Part shown: positions 29,868-38,550 of the stretch, piece after piece
Numbering within the stretch: the stretch's first letter is position 1
How the letters are laid out: the number at the start of each line of letters is the position of its first letter
Assembly: GCA_963728425.1 (NCBI GenBank)
Contig: CAVSKC010000012.1
Location: 4,504 to 68,503, forward strand
DNA length: 64,000 nt
Source of the DNA: an uncultured Actinomycetota bacterium
Lineage (GTDB): Bacteria; Actinomycetota; Actinomycetes; JACCUZ01
Reading direction: 5' to 3'
The notes under the pieces: model-generated
Seen by the model: the letters and a program-made list of their open reading frames with translations, nothing else
Databases searched by the model: none
Told to the model about the DNA's origin: nothing
Translations under genes and position numbers: made by a program

Positions 29868-31241
29868 TCACCGAGCCGCGCCGGCGACCATCTCCACGGC
29901 CAGCACGTGCTTGCACGGTCCCCGGCTGTCCTGGTGCTTGCCGTACCAGGGGCAGGAGCAGCGCCAGCCGTCCTCGGCGCGGCGCAGGGCGTGCTCACCT
30001 CCGCCGCTGAGGACCGTGGCGACGTCTCCGTCGATGCGCACGGCGCCCGCGTCGACGAGTGCACGCGCATCGCGTAGCCGTGGATGCAGCGCCTCGAGTG
30101 CGGCGGGGTCATAGGGCAGCTCGCGGTGGAAGTACGACCGCTCGAACGCGTCGTACCCGACCCGACCGGCGGCACCCAGCCGCCCCAGCGCGCGCCGGGC
30201 TCGCGCCTCGGACATGCCCGCCTGGCGGGCGACGTCGGTGATGTCGATGCGCGGTTGGAAGGCCAGCAGCACCGAGACGGCGTCCGCGTCGTCGGCGGAC
30301 GCGTTGTCGGCGAGGTCGCGCAGGACGCCGCCCTCTCCGGAGAACCCGCGGCTCACGTCCGGGCTCAGGGTCACCACCAGGCGGGCATCCTCCAGAGCGA
30401 GCTCCCAGATGCTGGGCCGTGCAGCGTCGGTCGTTCCCCCCGGCGCCGCGTAGGCCCGCAGCGACCGGGCGAACCGCAACATCGGCTCGAGCACCTGCAG
30501 GCGCTCGGGCCCGGCCACGCAGACGGCCCCGGCGCTCGCACGGCTGGTGAGGCGCAGCCCGCTCCCCGCCGGCACCGCCCAGAACGTGGCCGTCCGACTG
30601 CCTGTGGAGCGGGGGAGTCCGCCGAGGAACCGGCGCGCCTCGACGGCAGGAACCTCGAACGCAGGCTCGGCATCGGCCGTGGCCACCTGCACCTCGGCGA
30701 AGCCCTTCAGCCACCGCACTGGCAGGGGCACCTTGTCCTCCGTGACGGCTGCGTCCATGGTCGTGACGGTGACTTCGGCGCCGACCGCGAGGTGCAGCGG
30801 GTCGATCCCGCCGACCCCGGCCAGGGCTGCACGCATCGGCGGGTTGAAGTCGACGTTGGTCGTCCCGGTGTCGAGGGCCGGACCGTCCATGCCCGCGGGC
30901 AGCACGTCGAGCCGGGCATGGACCCCGCAGCAGGCCGAGAAGCTCTCGAACCGCAGCCGGTCACCGTTGCTTGTCACGACGGGATCGGCAGCCCGGAGGA
31001 TCGCCGCCAGCATCCCGGGGGGCACGTAGAACCGGGTGCGCGCGACCCTGGCGACGGCCAGCAACGCGGTCGCGGTCTGCTCCGGATGACCGAGGAAGCC
31101 GTCGAAGAACCGAGGGTGCAGTGCGGGGCCGGCAGCGGTAGTGCCGCCGCTCGTCGAGAGCTGCAGGTCGACCCGGCCGTCGACAACGCCGACAGTCGAC
31201 GGTCGCGCGTAGCGGTAGACCTGTTCCACCCCAGCGGCCAC
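29868..31241 (-). CDS. SWIM zinc-finger protein
   Basis: DPVVT..LRFESFSACCGV, GTTNVDFN, KVPLPVRWLKGFAE, RGFSGEG, C-terminal CSC-x11-CKH. Confidence 0.9.
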   Translation of the reverse strand: MAAGVEQVYRYARPSTVGVVDGRVDLQLSTSGGTTAAGPALHPRFFDGFLGHPEQTATALLAVARVARTRFYVPPGMLAAILRAADPVVTSNGDRLRFESFSACCGVHARLDVLPAGMDGPALDTGTTNVDFNPPMRAALAGVGGIDPLHLAVGAEVTVTTMDAAVTEDKVPLPVRWLKGFAEVQVATADAEPAFEVPAVEARRFLGGLPRSTGSRTATFWAVPAGSGLRLTSRASAGAVCVAGPERLQVLEPMLRFARSLRAYAAPGGTTDAARPSIWELALEDARLVVTLSPDVSRGFSGEGGVLRDLADNASADDADAVSVLLAFQPRIDITDVARQAGMSEARARRALGRLGAAGRVGYDAFERSYFHRELPYDPAALEALHPRLRDARALVDAGAVRIDGDVATVLSGGGEHALRRAEDGWRCSCPWYGKHQDSRGPCKHVLAVEMVAGAAR

Positions 31242-31247
31242 CGGTCA

Positions 31248-31257
31248 ACCTTAGGGT
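31248..31257. promoter_or_regulatory. Overlapping divergent -10 elements (leaderless, bidirectional)
   Basis: ACCTTAGGGT gives TAAGGT on - and TAGGGT on +, each 6 nt from a GTG start. Confidence 0.6.
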
Positions 31258-31263
31258 GATCGG

Positions 31264-33753
31264 GTGCCCGACGTGCCGTCGTACGACCAGCTGGCCGGCG
31301 TCGACCGGGAGGTGCTCTGGGGGCTGATCGGTGAGCTCGGCGGGCCCACCCGCGGCGCTACCTATGAGTACGCCTGGCAGCGCCACGCGGCCACCTGGGA
31401 GGCCGTGGAGGCCGCGTTGGTTGCCGCTGCGTCCGGTGGGTTCTCTGGGCGCACCGCGGCGCCGCGCTGGCTCGATCCGCTCGTCCGCGCTCGGCTCAAG
31501 GACATCGCGTCCGGACGGAGCTGGCGCGCCGGCATGCAGGTGGTGCGACTCCTCGAGCGAACCGGTCTGGTGTCGCTGTCCGTGGACGACGACTACGTGC
31601 TCGCCGTCGTCGGGTCCCTGGGGTTGCAGTACCCCGGCGGCCGACTGGCCGCCCTGCGGGACGACGTCGAGCTTCGCGAGCGGGTCGTCTGGCGGATGTT
31701 CGAGGTGGAAGGAGGCGGCGAGGTCAGCCTGACGAACGTCGACAAGTTCACCGGTGCCGAGACCTCCTGGGGGGACACGTTCCAGGCACTGGTGGCGGAC
31801 GGAACCCTGCCGCGGGACCGGGTGCTGCGCGAGTGCCTGACCGCCCTGGGTCGCGACTTCAGCGCCTATCGCGCGTCCTGGTACTCGACGCTCTACGCGG
31901 CTCTGGCGCCGGCGCCTGCCGAGGTGGCCGTCGACCAGGCGCTGGTGCGAGACCTGCTCCGCAGCAACATCACCGCGACCGTCGGCTTCGCGGTGAAGCT
32001 GCTGCGGTCGTTGGAGAAGGCTGGCCTGCTCGACCGATCCGAGACCGTCCAAGCACTGCAGCCGGCGGTCCTGTGCCGGGTGAAGGGCACCGCGGTGGAT
32101 GCGGTCCGCCTGCTGGACGCACTGTCTGAGGACTCGGACGTCCTCGGGGTCGCGACGACCGCCCTCGAGCACCCGCACGCCGACGTCCAGCGCGCCGCCG
32201 CAACGCTGCTGGAACGGCTCGGGGCCGGCGACCGCGTCGTGGCAGCTGAGCAGACGCTGCAACCGAGCGTCCGGCGGAGCCCGACGGTGGCTCCGCAGGA
32301 AGCCGCTGACTCCGCGGCGTTGCCCCGCGAGCAGCCGCTGGCTGCGGTTGCCGGCCCGAACGACGTCGTCGACCGGACTGCTGCACTGCTCGAGGACGCC
32401 TCCTCCGCGGTCGAGGTCGAGCTGGTGCTCGCCGGCCTCGCGGTTCTCGACGACCTTGAATGCTTGCGTCCGTTGGTGAAGCGCGCCGCTGCAGTGCTGG
32501 CTCGCGGACCGCGTGAGCGAGTCACCCGTGGTTGGCTGCGCGGGCAGCTGGCCCGAGTCGTGCTGACCGGCACGGGCCAAGCCGTTCCTCCATTGCCGGC
32601 AGTCACCACGCCGGTCGATTTCCTGGTACGGCGCATCGACGACGCGGTGGCGAGAAAGGGCGCGCTGGTCGCGACCCCGGAGCGAGCGGCCGGCTGGATC
32701 ACGCCCGGAACCTTGGTCGAGCGCCTGCAGCGCGCCACCGTCGCTCCGTCTCTGTTCGACCTGGTCGCTGCACTCCTGCGCCTCGGCGCGTCTGGCCGCG
32801 CCGAGGCGCTCGCGGCGATGACCGAGCGCGGGGCTCTCGTCGACGAGGTCGCCGCGGTGGTCCGGTACGCGCTGGGCGCTCCGCCGCGCTCTCCGTTCAC
32901 GACTCCGGCCCTGTGGGTCGCCGCCAGCCGGGCGCGGGCACCGGTCTCGGTGGACGCCTGGTTGGTGGACCAGGGGCTGGTCGGGGCGGGGCGGTCGCAC
33001 CCGCTCGACGCCCGGCCGCTCTTCGGCGAGCGCACGTACACCTGGGAGGACCGCAGGGGGCGGCACACCAACACGTACGCCACCTGGTCGATCGCGCTGA
33101 CCGACGTACGACCTGCAGGGCCGGAGGAACCCACCGCGTGCGGTCCGACGGCAGTCACGGCAGGGGGCGGGGATGCCGAGGACTACGTGGGCTGGGGTGC
33201 GACCACCTGGCCGCACGACGCCGAGCACTTCTTGCTGGACGGCTGCGACCCGGTCTTCGACGTGGCCCGGTCTACCGAGGTGCGCCACGACGCGGTCCGG
33301 GTCCTCGCCGCCCTGGGACGGCACGAGGGCCGGCTCGGGCCGCTCGCCACCACCTCGCTGGCCGCGGGACTCTCGGCCGGCAAGGCCGACCAGCGGGTGT
33401 TCGCGGTGGATGCGGCGCTCCAGTTGTCGGCGATCGGGACGCTGACCCCGCAGCTCCTGGCTGACGGTCTCGTCGCCGCTCGGAGCCTTGCCACGGTGCC
33501 GAGATGGGCGATCGCGCTGGGCGAGGTCGCCTCCGCAGGCCCGCGGGGGCGGTCGCTGGTCATCGACGCGTTGGCCGGCGCGCTGCCCTCGCTGCCGCGT
33601 GAGACACGGGGGCTGCACAGCCTGCTCGAGCTGCTGGTGGAGGAGCTGCTGCGCGCCGGCCGGCCGACACCTTCGGCCTTGCGATCGTGGCTGGACGGCT
33701 TCTCCGGTACGTCCCGGGTCGCCCGCGCGGCCCGCACCCTGGCCGCTCGTTGA
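31264..33753 (+). CDS. Large helical protein of the DUF6493-like type associated with SWIM proteins
   Basis: 829 aa, Ala/Leu-rich helical repeats; W.MFEVEG, ATP...GWI.P..LV.RL, D...ALLRL motifs. Confidence 0.7.
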   Translation: MPDVPSYDQLAGVDREVLWGLIGELGGPTRGATYEYAWQRHAATWEAVEAALVAAASGGFSGRTAAPRWLDPLVRARLKDIASGRSWRAGMQVVRLLERTGLVSLSVDDDYVLAVVGSLGLQYPGGRLAALRDDVELRERVVWRMFEVEGGGEVSLTNVDKFTGAETSWGDTFQALVADGTLPRDRVLRECLTALGRDFSAYRASWYSTLYAALAPAPAEVAVDQALVRDLLRSNITATVGFAVKLLRSLEKAGLLDRSETVQALQPAVLCRVKGTAVDAVRLLDALSEDSDVLGVATTALEHPHADVQRAAATLLERLGAGDRVVAAEQTLQPSVRRSPTVAPQEAADSAALPREQPLAAVAGPNDVVDRTAALLEDASSAVEVELVLAGLAVLDDLECLRPLVKRAAAVLARGPRERVTRGWLRGQLARVVLTGTGQAVPPLPAVTTPVDFLVRRIDDAVARKGALVATPERAAGWITPGTLVERLQRATVAPSLFDLVAALLRLGASGRAEALAAMTERGALVDEVAAVVRYALGAPPRSPFTTPALWVAASRARAPVSVDAWLVDQGLVGAGRSHPLDARPLFGERTYTWEDRRGRHTNTYATWSIALTDVRPAGPEEPTACGPTAVTAGGGDAEDYVGWGATTWPHDAEHFLLDGCDPVFDVARSTEVRHDAVRVLAALGRHEGRLGPLATTSLAAGLSAGKADQRVFAVDAALQLSAIGTLTPQLLADGLVAARSLATVPRWAIALGEVASAGPRGRSLVIDALAGALPSLPRETRGLHSLLELLVEELLRAGRPTPSALRSWLDGFSGTSRVARAARTLAAR

Positions 33754-34018
33754 GCGTGAGGTCTGGCGGCATTCGGGTACACAACTGGCAGGAACCTGCC
33801 GAAAGCGGCATTGAGTGCAATACGGGTCTATGGTCCCGAACACGGCACACGATGGCCCTTCGTGCCCGCGGACTGCCCCCGGTGAAGTGCCTGCTGGGAC
33901 CTGAGGCGGACCGTCCGGTGCGAGGGCAGGCGCGGAGTGTCCAGGTCTTTCTCGTCGCCCGGCGCTCGCGACGAGGAGGGCCCATCAAGCAAGGCCAGCA
34001 GGGGGAGGCATCAGAACA

Positions 34019-34315
34019 GTGACCACGATGCAAGCAGCCGTCCAGGACAGCATCCTCACCGCGGTCGCGTTGAGTTCGGACGTGACCACGAGCGCGGTGC
34101 TCAAGGGCTGCCCACGAGGCGCGAACGAGCGCGACGTCCAGCGCGCCATTGAGCTGATGTTCGCGGCCCACGTCCTTACCGGTCCGCCTTACACCCTCAC
34201 CGCAGCAGGCCGGCTCGATCTCGTGCCGGCTCAGGCCCGCTGCCGGGAACGCGAAAGCACGCACGGGCTGAGGCAGACGACGGACATGCCGGCCGCGACG
34301 ACCGAGAGTAGTTGA
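34019..34315 (+). CDS. Small hypothetical protein (possible winged helix)
   Basis: GGGGAGG RBS; helix pattern ending in YTLTAAG. Confidence 0.55.
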   Translation: MTTMQAAVQDSILTAVALSSDVTTSAVLKGCPRGANERDVQRAIELMFAAHVLTGPPYTLTAAGRLDLVPAQARCRERESTHGLRQTTDMPAATTESS

Positions 34316-34456
34316 ACGATCACACCACGTCGCCGACTCGTCTACTGGCGTAGTCCGTTCAGTGATCGAGACCCACACGCACGTCCGGTGTTCGCTGGTG
34401 CGGGGTGGGATCAGACTCGGCCGTGATGGTCCTGCGAATCTGAGGACGGTGTCGGT

Positions 34457-34768
34457 GTGAACACGCCCGGGCCCGCGGCACACGGCCGGCCCGCGCGCCC
34501 GGAGGTGGATGACCTTCGGATCGAGCGGGAAAGCGCGGAACGGCCCACCGTGTACACGCAGGCCCAGGACAGCGCCGAGGTGAAGGGTCTGACATTGAAG
34601 ACCGACACCATCGAGCTCCGCCGGGACCTTCAGCGAAGCGCCGTGGCGACGGCTGCGCGGGACCAAGAGTCGTTGGAGCGAGCCAGGGCAAGGCGGCTGC
34701 TCTATCTCGCGCTCATCACGATGCTCTTGTGGATGGCCACACTCATCGTGCTGCTCAACCGGATGTAA
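34457..34768 (+). CDS. Small tail-anchored membrane protein (SAEVKGLTL family, copy 2)
   Basis: RPTVYTQAQDSAEVKGLTLKTDT, basic patch RARARR, C-terminal TM LLWMATLIVLL; paralog of 9034-9285. Confidence 0.72.
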   Translation: MNTPGPAAHGRPARPEVDDLRIERESAERPTVYTQAQDSAEVKGLTLKTDTIELRRDLQRSAVATAARDQESLERARARRLLYLALITMLLWMATLIVLLNRM

Positions 34769-34787
34769 CCCTCCTCCCGACGCAGGC

Positions 34788-34840
34788 GAGTCCGCACGAG
34801 CCGCCGTTGGTGCAGTGCCGGCGGCTCGTGCGGACTCTTT
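34788..34840. terminator. Terminator hairpin between convergent genes (glnA and small gene)
   Basis: 19-bp perfect arms GAGTCCGCACGAGCCGCCG / CGGCGGCTCGTGCGGACTC, followed by TTT. Confidence 0.8.
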
Positions 34841-34848
34841 CGAACTGC

Positions 34849-36273
34849 TCAGATGTCGTAGTAGAGCTCGAACTCGTGCGGGTGCGGGCGCAGCCGGATC
34901 GGGTCGACCTCGTTGGTGCGCTTCCAGTCGATCCAGGTCTCGATCAGGTCGTCGGTGAAGACGCCGCCCTCCAGCAGGTAGGCGTGGTCCTCCTCGAGCG
35001 CGTCGAGCACCTCGGGCAGCGAGGCCGGGACCTGCGAGATCTCGGCGTGCTCGTCCGGGGGCAGCTCGTAGAGGTCCTTGTCGACCGGCTGCTCCGGCTC
35101 GATCTTGTTGCGGATGCCGTCCATGCCGGCCATCAACATCGCGGAGAACGCGAGGTAGGGGTTCGACGACGGGTCGGGCACGCGGAACTCGATCCGCTTC
35201 GCCTTCGGGTTCGCGCCGGTGATCGGGATCCGGATGCAGGCCGAGCGATTGCGCTGCGAGTAGACGAGGTTGACGGGGGCCTCGTAGCCGGGCACCAGGC
35301 GGTGGTAGCTGTTCACCGTGGGGTTGGTGAACGCGAGCAGCGAGGGTGCGTGCTTGAGCAGGCCGCCGATGTAGTAGCGCGCCGTGTCGGACAGACCGGC
35401 GTACCCGAGCTCGTCGTAGAACAACGGCGAGCCGTCCTTCCACAGCGACTGGTGGCAGTGCATGCCGGAGCCGTTGTCACCGAACAGCGGCTTGGGCATG
35501 AACGTCGCGGTCTTGCCGGCCGCCCAGGCCACGTTCTTGATGATGTACTTGAACAGCATCAGCTTGTCGCCGGCGTGCAGCAGGGTGTCGAACTTGTAGT
35601 TGATCTCGGCCTGGCCCGCGGTGCCCACCTCGTGGTGCGCGCGCTCCACCTCGAGGCCGGCCCGGTTGAGCTCGAGCGACATCTGGTCGCGCAGGTCGGC
35701 GTAGTGGTCGACCGGCGGCACGGGGAAGTAGCCACCCTTGTAGCGCGTCTTGTAACCGCGGTTCCCGCCCTCCTCGACCCGCCCGGAGTTCCAGGCGCCC
35801 TCGATGGAGTCGATGTAGTAGTAGCCGGCGTTCTGCTTCGTCTCGAAGCGGACGTCGTCGAAGACGTAGAACTCAGCCTCCGGCCCGAAGTAGACCGTGT
35901 CCGCGACGCCGGAGCCGGCCAGGTAAGCCTCGGCCTTGGTGGCGATGTTGCGCGGGTCCCGGCTATAGGGCTCGTCGGTGAACGGGTCCACGATCGAGAA
36001 GTTCAGCGCGAGGGTCTTCTCCACACGGAACGGGTCGAGGTAGGCCGTGGCGGGGTCGGGGATGAGCTTCATGTCCGACTCGTGGATGGCCTGGAAGCCG
36101 CGGATCGACGACCCGTCGAACATCTGCCCGTTGGTGAAGAAGCTCTCGTCCACCGACTCGGCGGGGACGTTGAAGTGCTGCATCACCCCCGGTAGGTCGC
36201 AGAACCGCACGTCCACGAACTTGACGCCCTCGTCCTTGATGAACCGCAGGACCTCGTCCGCGTTGCTGAACAT
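34849..36273 (-). CDS. glnA: Glutamine synthetase type I
   Basis: [50 protein letters not shown], adenylylation motif KDLYEL; GGAGGA RBS. Confidence 0.98.
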   Translation of the reverse strand: MFSNADEVLRFIKDEGVKFVDVRFCDLPGVMQHFNVPAESVDESFFTNGQMFDGSSIRGFQAIHESDMKLIPDPATAYLDPFRVEKTLALNFSIVDPFTDEPYSRDPRNIATKAEAYLAGSGVADTVYFGPEAEFYVFDDVRFETKQNAGYYYIDSIEGAWNSGRVEEGGNRGYKTRYKGGYFPVPPVDHYADLRDQMSLELNRAGLEVERAHHEVGTAGQAEINYKFDTLLHAGDKLMLFKYIIKNVAWAAGKTATFMPKPLFGDNGSGMHCHQSLWKDGSPLFYDELGYAGLSDTARYYIGGLLKHAPSLLAFTNPTVNSYHRLVPGYEAPVNLVYSQRNRSACIRIPITGANPKAKRIEFRVPDPSSNPYLAFSAMLMAGMDGIRNKIEPEQPVDKDLYELPPDEHAEISQVPASLPEVLDALEEDHAYLLEGGVFTDDLIETWIDWKRTNEVDPIRLRPHPHEFELYYDI

Positions 36274-36333
36274 CCACATCCTCCTCAGGAGCAGCGGCCA
36301 CGTGCCGTGTGCGAGGGACGCTAGGGGGCGGGG

Positions 36334-36371
36334 ATTTCCCGCCGGTGACCCTCATGTTTCCGTCGTGTTAC
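36334..36371 (-). promoter_or_regulatory. Full GlnR binding site upstream of glnA
   Basis: Minus strand reads GTAAC-n6-GAAAC-n6-GTCAC-n6-GAAAT. Confidence 0.88.
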
Positions 36372-36415
36372 GGCTCCGGCCCTCGGCTGACGGGCCCCAA
36401 CGTACGCTGGGCGCC

Positions 36416-36859
36416 GTGGTGGAGCGACGGGACATCGCGACTTGGCTCGAGGGTCCGGGCGGGCGACGCAACGAGCCCGGTTCGTACGCCGGTCAGCGGC
36501 TGGGCCTGCCTGAGCACGGCCGGGGTGCCGTGGCGGGCTTCGGCAGCCGGATCGTCGCCTACTTGATCGACTCGTTCGCCTGCGCGCTGATCGCCTACGG
36601 CCTGCTGCGCGACCAGCAGCTGACCCTGCCGGTCTTCGCGGTCGAGGTGCTGGCCCTGACCTGGCTGGCCTCCGGGTCGGCCGGGCAGCTCGCCTACGGC
36701 CTGCGCGTGGTCCGGCTGGACGGCGCGCCGATCGGGCTGCCCCGGGCAGCGCTGCGCACCCTGCTGCTCTGCCTCCTGATCCCCGCCCTGATCTGGGACC
36801 GGGACGGCCGCGGCCTGCACGACAAGGCCGCCGGCACGGTCGTCGTCAGGGCCCGCTGA
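36416..36859 (+). CDS. RDD family membrane protein
   Basis: GQRLGLP..G.G, RIVAYLID, RGLHDK; divergent from glnA as is usual in actinomycetes. Confidence 0.9.
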   Translation: MVERRDIATWLEGPGGRRNEPGSYAGQRLGLPEHGRGAVAGFGSRIVAYLIDSFACALIAYGLLRDQQLTLPVFAVEVLALTWLASGSAGQLAYGLRVVRLDGAPIGLPRAALRTLLLCLLIPALIWDRDGRGLHDKAAGTVVVRAR

Positions 36860-36867
36860 GCTCACCA

Positions 36868-36896
36868 GGCCCGGGACGCGCGATGCGTCCCGGGCC
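36868..36896. terminator. Hairpin between convergent RDD and FAD oxidoreductase genes
   Basis: GGCCCGGGACGC-n5-GCGTCCCGGGCC. Confidence 0.65.
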
Positions 36897-36914
36897 CTGT
36901 GCCGTTAGTGAGGG

Positions 36915-38363
36915 CTACCGGCTGCCGGCGTCGGACTTTGCCCGGGCCGAGACGCGGGGGCTCGGCAGCGTGATCGTGCGGTCCGGCTCGATGTTCTGGT
37001 TCACCCGGAACAGGTTGTCCGGGTCGTAGGCGGCCTTGATCGCGGTCAATCGGTCGTAGTGGTCGCCGTAGGTGGCCTTCACCCGCTCCTGGCCCTCGGC
37101 CATCATGAAGTTCACGTAGCCGCCGCCCGCCGAGTACGGGTGCTGCGCGTCCCAGTAGTCGACGCACCAGTCCCGCAGGGCCGGCAGCGACGCCGGGTCG
37201 GGGTCGACGCCGGCGATGACGGTCGAGTAGGTGGCGTCCCGGTACGCCCACGCCGTCTCGTCCGGTCCCACGTCATGCGCGGCGCCGTCGATCGAGTACA
37301 GGTGCATCGTCGACTTCCAGCTCGGCAGCCGGGCCCCGAAGTCCGCGTGCACCGCAACCGCCTCGTCGGTGACCTCGCGGACGAAGTCGCCCCGCCAGTA
37401 CCACTGGTCGCCCGGCCCGTAGAGGCCGTCGAACGCGCCGTTCCACATCGGGTACGGCATCTCGGCAACCCCGTCGAGCAGGGGGTTCATCGCCCGGATC
37501 TCGGCCAGGTGCCTGTCGGCGCCGCCGGACTCGCCGGCCCAGCACCAGGCAACGCCGCAGACCTTCTTCAGGTGCAGCTCGGCGGGGAACGGGTCCGCCG
37601 GCGGCACTGACATGGTGGCGAAGAACGCGCCCATCTCGCGCGGCAGCGTGGGCAGGAACTCGCGGTACCACGTCAGGATCTCTGCCGTTCGCTCGATCGG
37701 GAACAGGGTCGGACCGGCGGCGACGATGCCGACCGGGTGCAGCCGGAAGCTGAACTCGGTAACGATGCCGAAGTTCCCGCCGCCACCCCGGAGCGCCCAG
37801 AACAGGTCCGGCTCGCGACCGGCATCAGCTCGCACGAACGACCCGTCGGCGAGCACCACGTCGGCACCGAGCAGGTTGTCAATCGTGAGTCCGTAGCGAC
37901 GGGTGAGGTGGCCGTGGCCGCCGCCGAGCGTGAGGCCGCCGACACCGGTCGTGCCGATGATCCCGGCCGGCGTCGCCAAGCCGAATGCCGCGGCCGCATG
38001 GTCGAGGGCCGCGATGGTTGCCCCGCCGCCGACGTGCGCGATCCGCGCGTCCGGATCGATCCGGATCCCCGAGAGCAGCCCGAGGTCGAGCACCAAGCCG
38101 TCGGACGTGCCGAGTCCCGCCCCGTTGTGGCCGCCGCCGCGGACGGCGACGTCGATGCCCTCGAGGCCCCGGACCATCGACACCGCGGCCATGACGTCAG
38201 CGGTGTCCACGCAACGTGCGATCACCTGCGGCCGACTGGTGATGGACCCGTTGTGGACCGGAGCTACCTCGTCGTACGCCGGGTCGCCCGGCACGAGGAC
38301 CGGTCCGCGCAGCGCGGCTCGAAGCTCGTCGATCAACGCAGCGGAGATCTGTGCGCTCGACAT
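36915..38363 (-). CDS. FAD-binding oxidoreductase (berberine-bridge-like)
   Basis: VRGGGH, TGVGGLTLGGG, G.TIDNLL, DLFWALRGGGGNFGIVT, YVNF, K..YDP.NLF. Confidence 0.92.
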   Translation of the reverse strand: MSSAQISAALIDELRAALRGPVLVPGDPAYDEVAPVHNGSITSRPQVIARCVDTADVMAAVSMVRGLEGIDVAVRGGGHNGAGLGTSDGLVLDLGLLSGIRIDPDARIAHVGGGATIAALDHAAAAFGLATPAGIIGTTGVGGLTLGGGHGHLTRRYGLTIDNLLGADVVLADGSFVRADAGREPDLFWALRGGGGNFGIVTEFSFRLHPVGIVAAGPTLFPIERTAEILTWYREFLPTLPREMGAFFATMSVPPADPFPAELHLKKVCGVAWCWAGESGGADRHLAEIRAMNPLLDGVAEMPYPMWNGAFDGLYGPGDQWYWRGDFVREVTDEAVAVHADFGARLPSWKSTMHLYSIDGAAHDVGPDETAWAYRDATYSTVIAGVDPDPASLPALRDWCVDYWDAQHPYSAGGGYVNFMMAEGQERVKATYGDHYDRLTAIKAAYDPDNLFRVNQNIEPDRTITLPSPRVSARAKSDAGSR

Positions 38364-38550
38364 GCGGAATCCCCTCCGACCCGCCCACCGTCCGTCAGGG
38401 GGTCGGTACGTCGCCGGCGGGGTCACCTGAGGACACGTCCGGGCAGGGTCGCCCGTCACGGTAGACCGGCGGGCCAGGGTGCGACCAGCGGAGAAATCGG
38501 ACAGTCTGCGGGATCCAGCAGGCAACGTGACTTCCGCCCCCGTGACTCGC

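Noticed and set aside
30961-33843. Very long antisense ORFs (also 16467-19088, 38623-41232 and others)
   Set aside because: Shadow frames of high-GC genes with no motifs.
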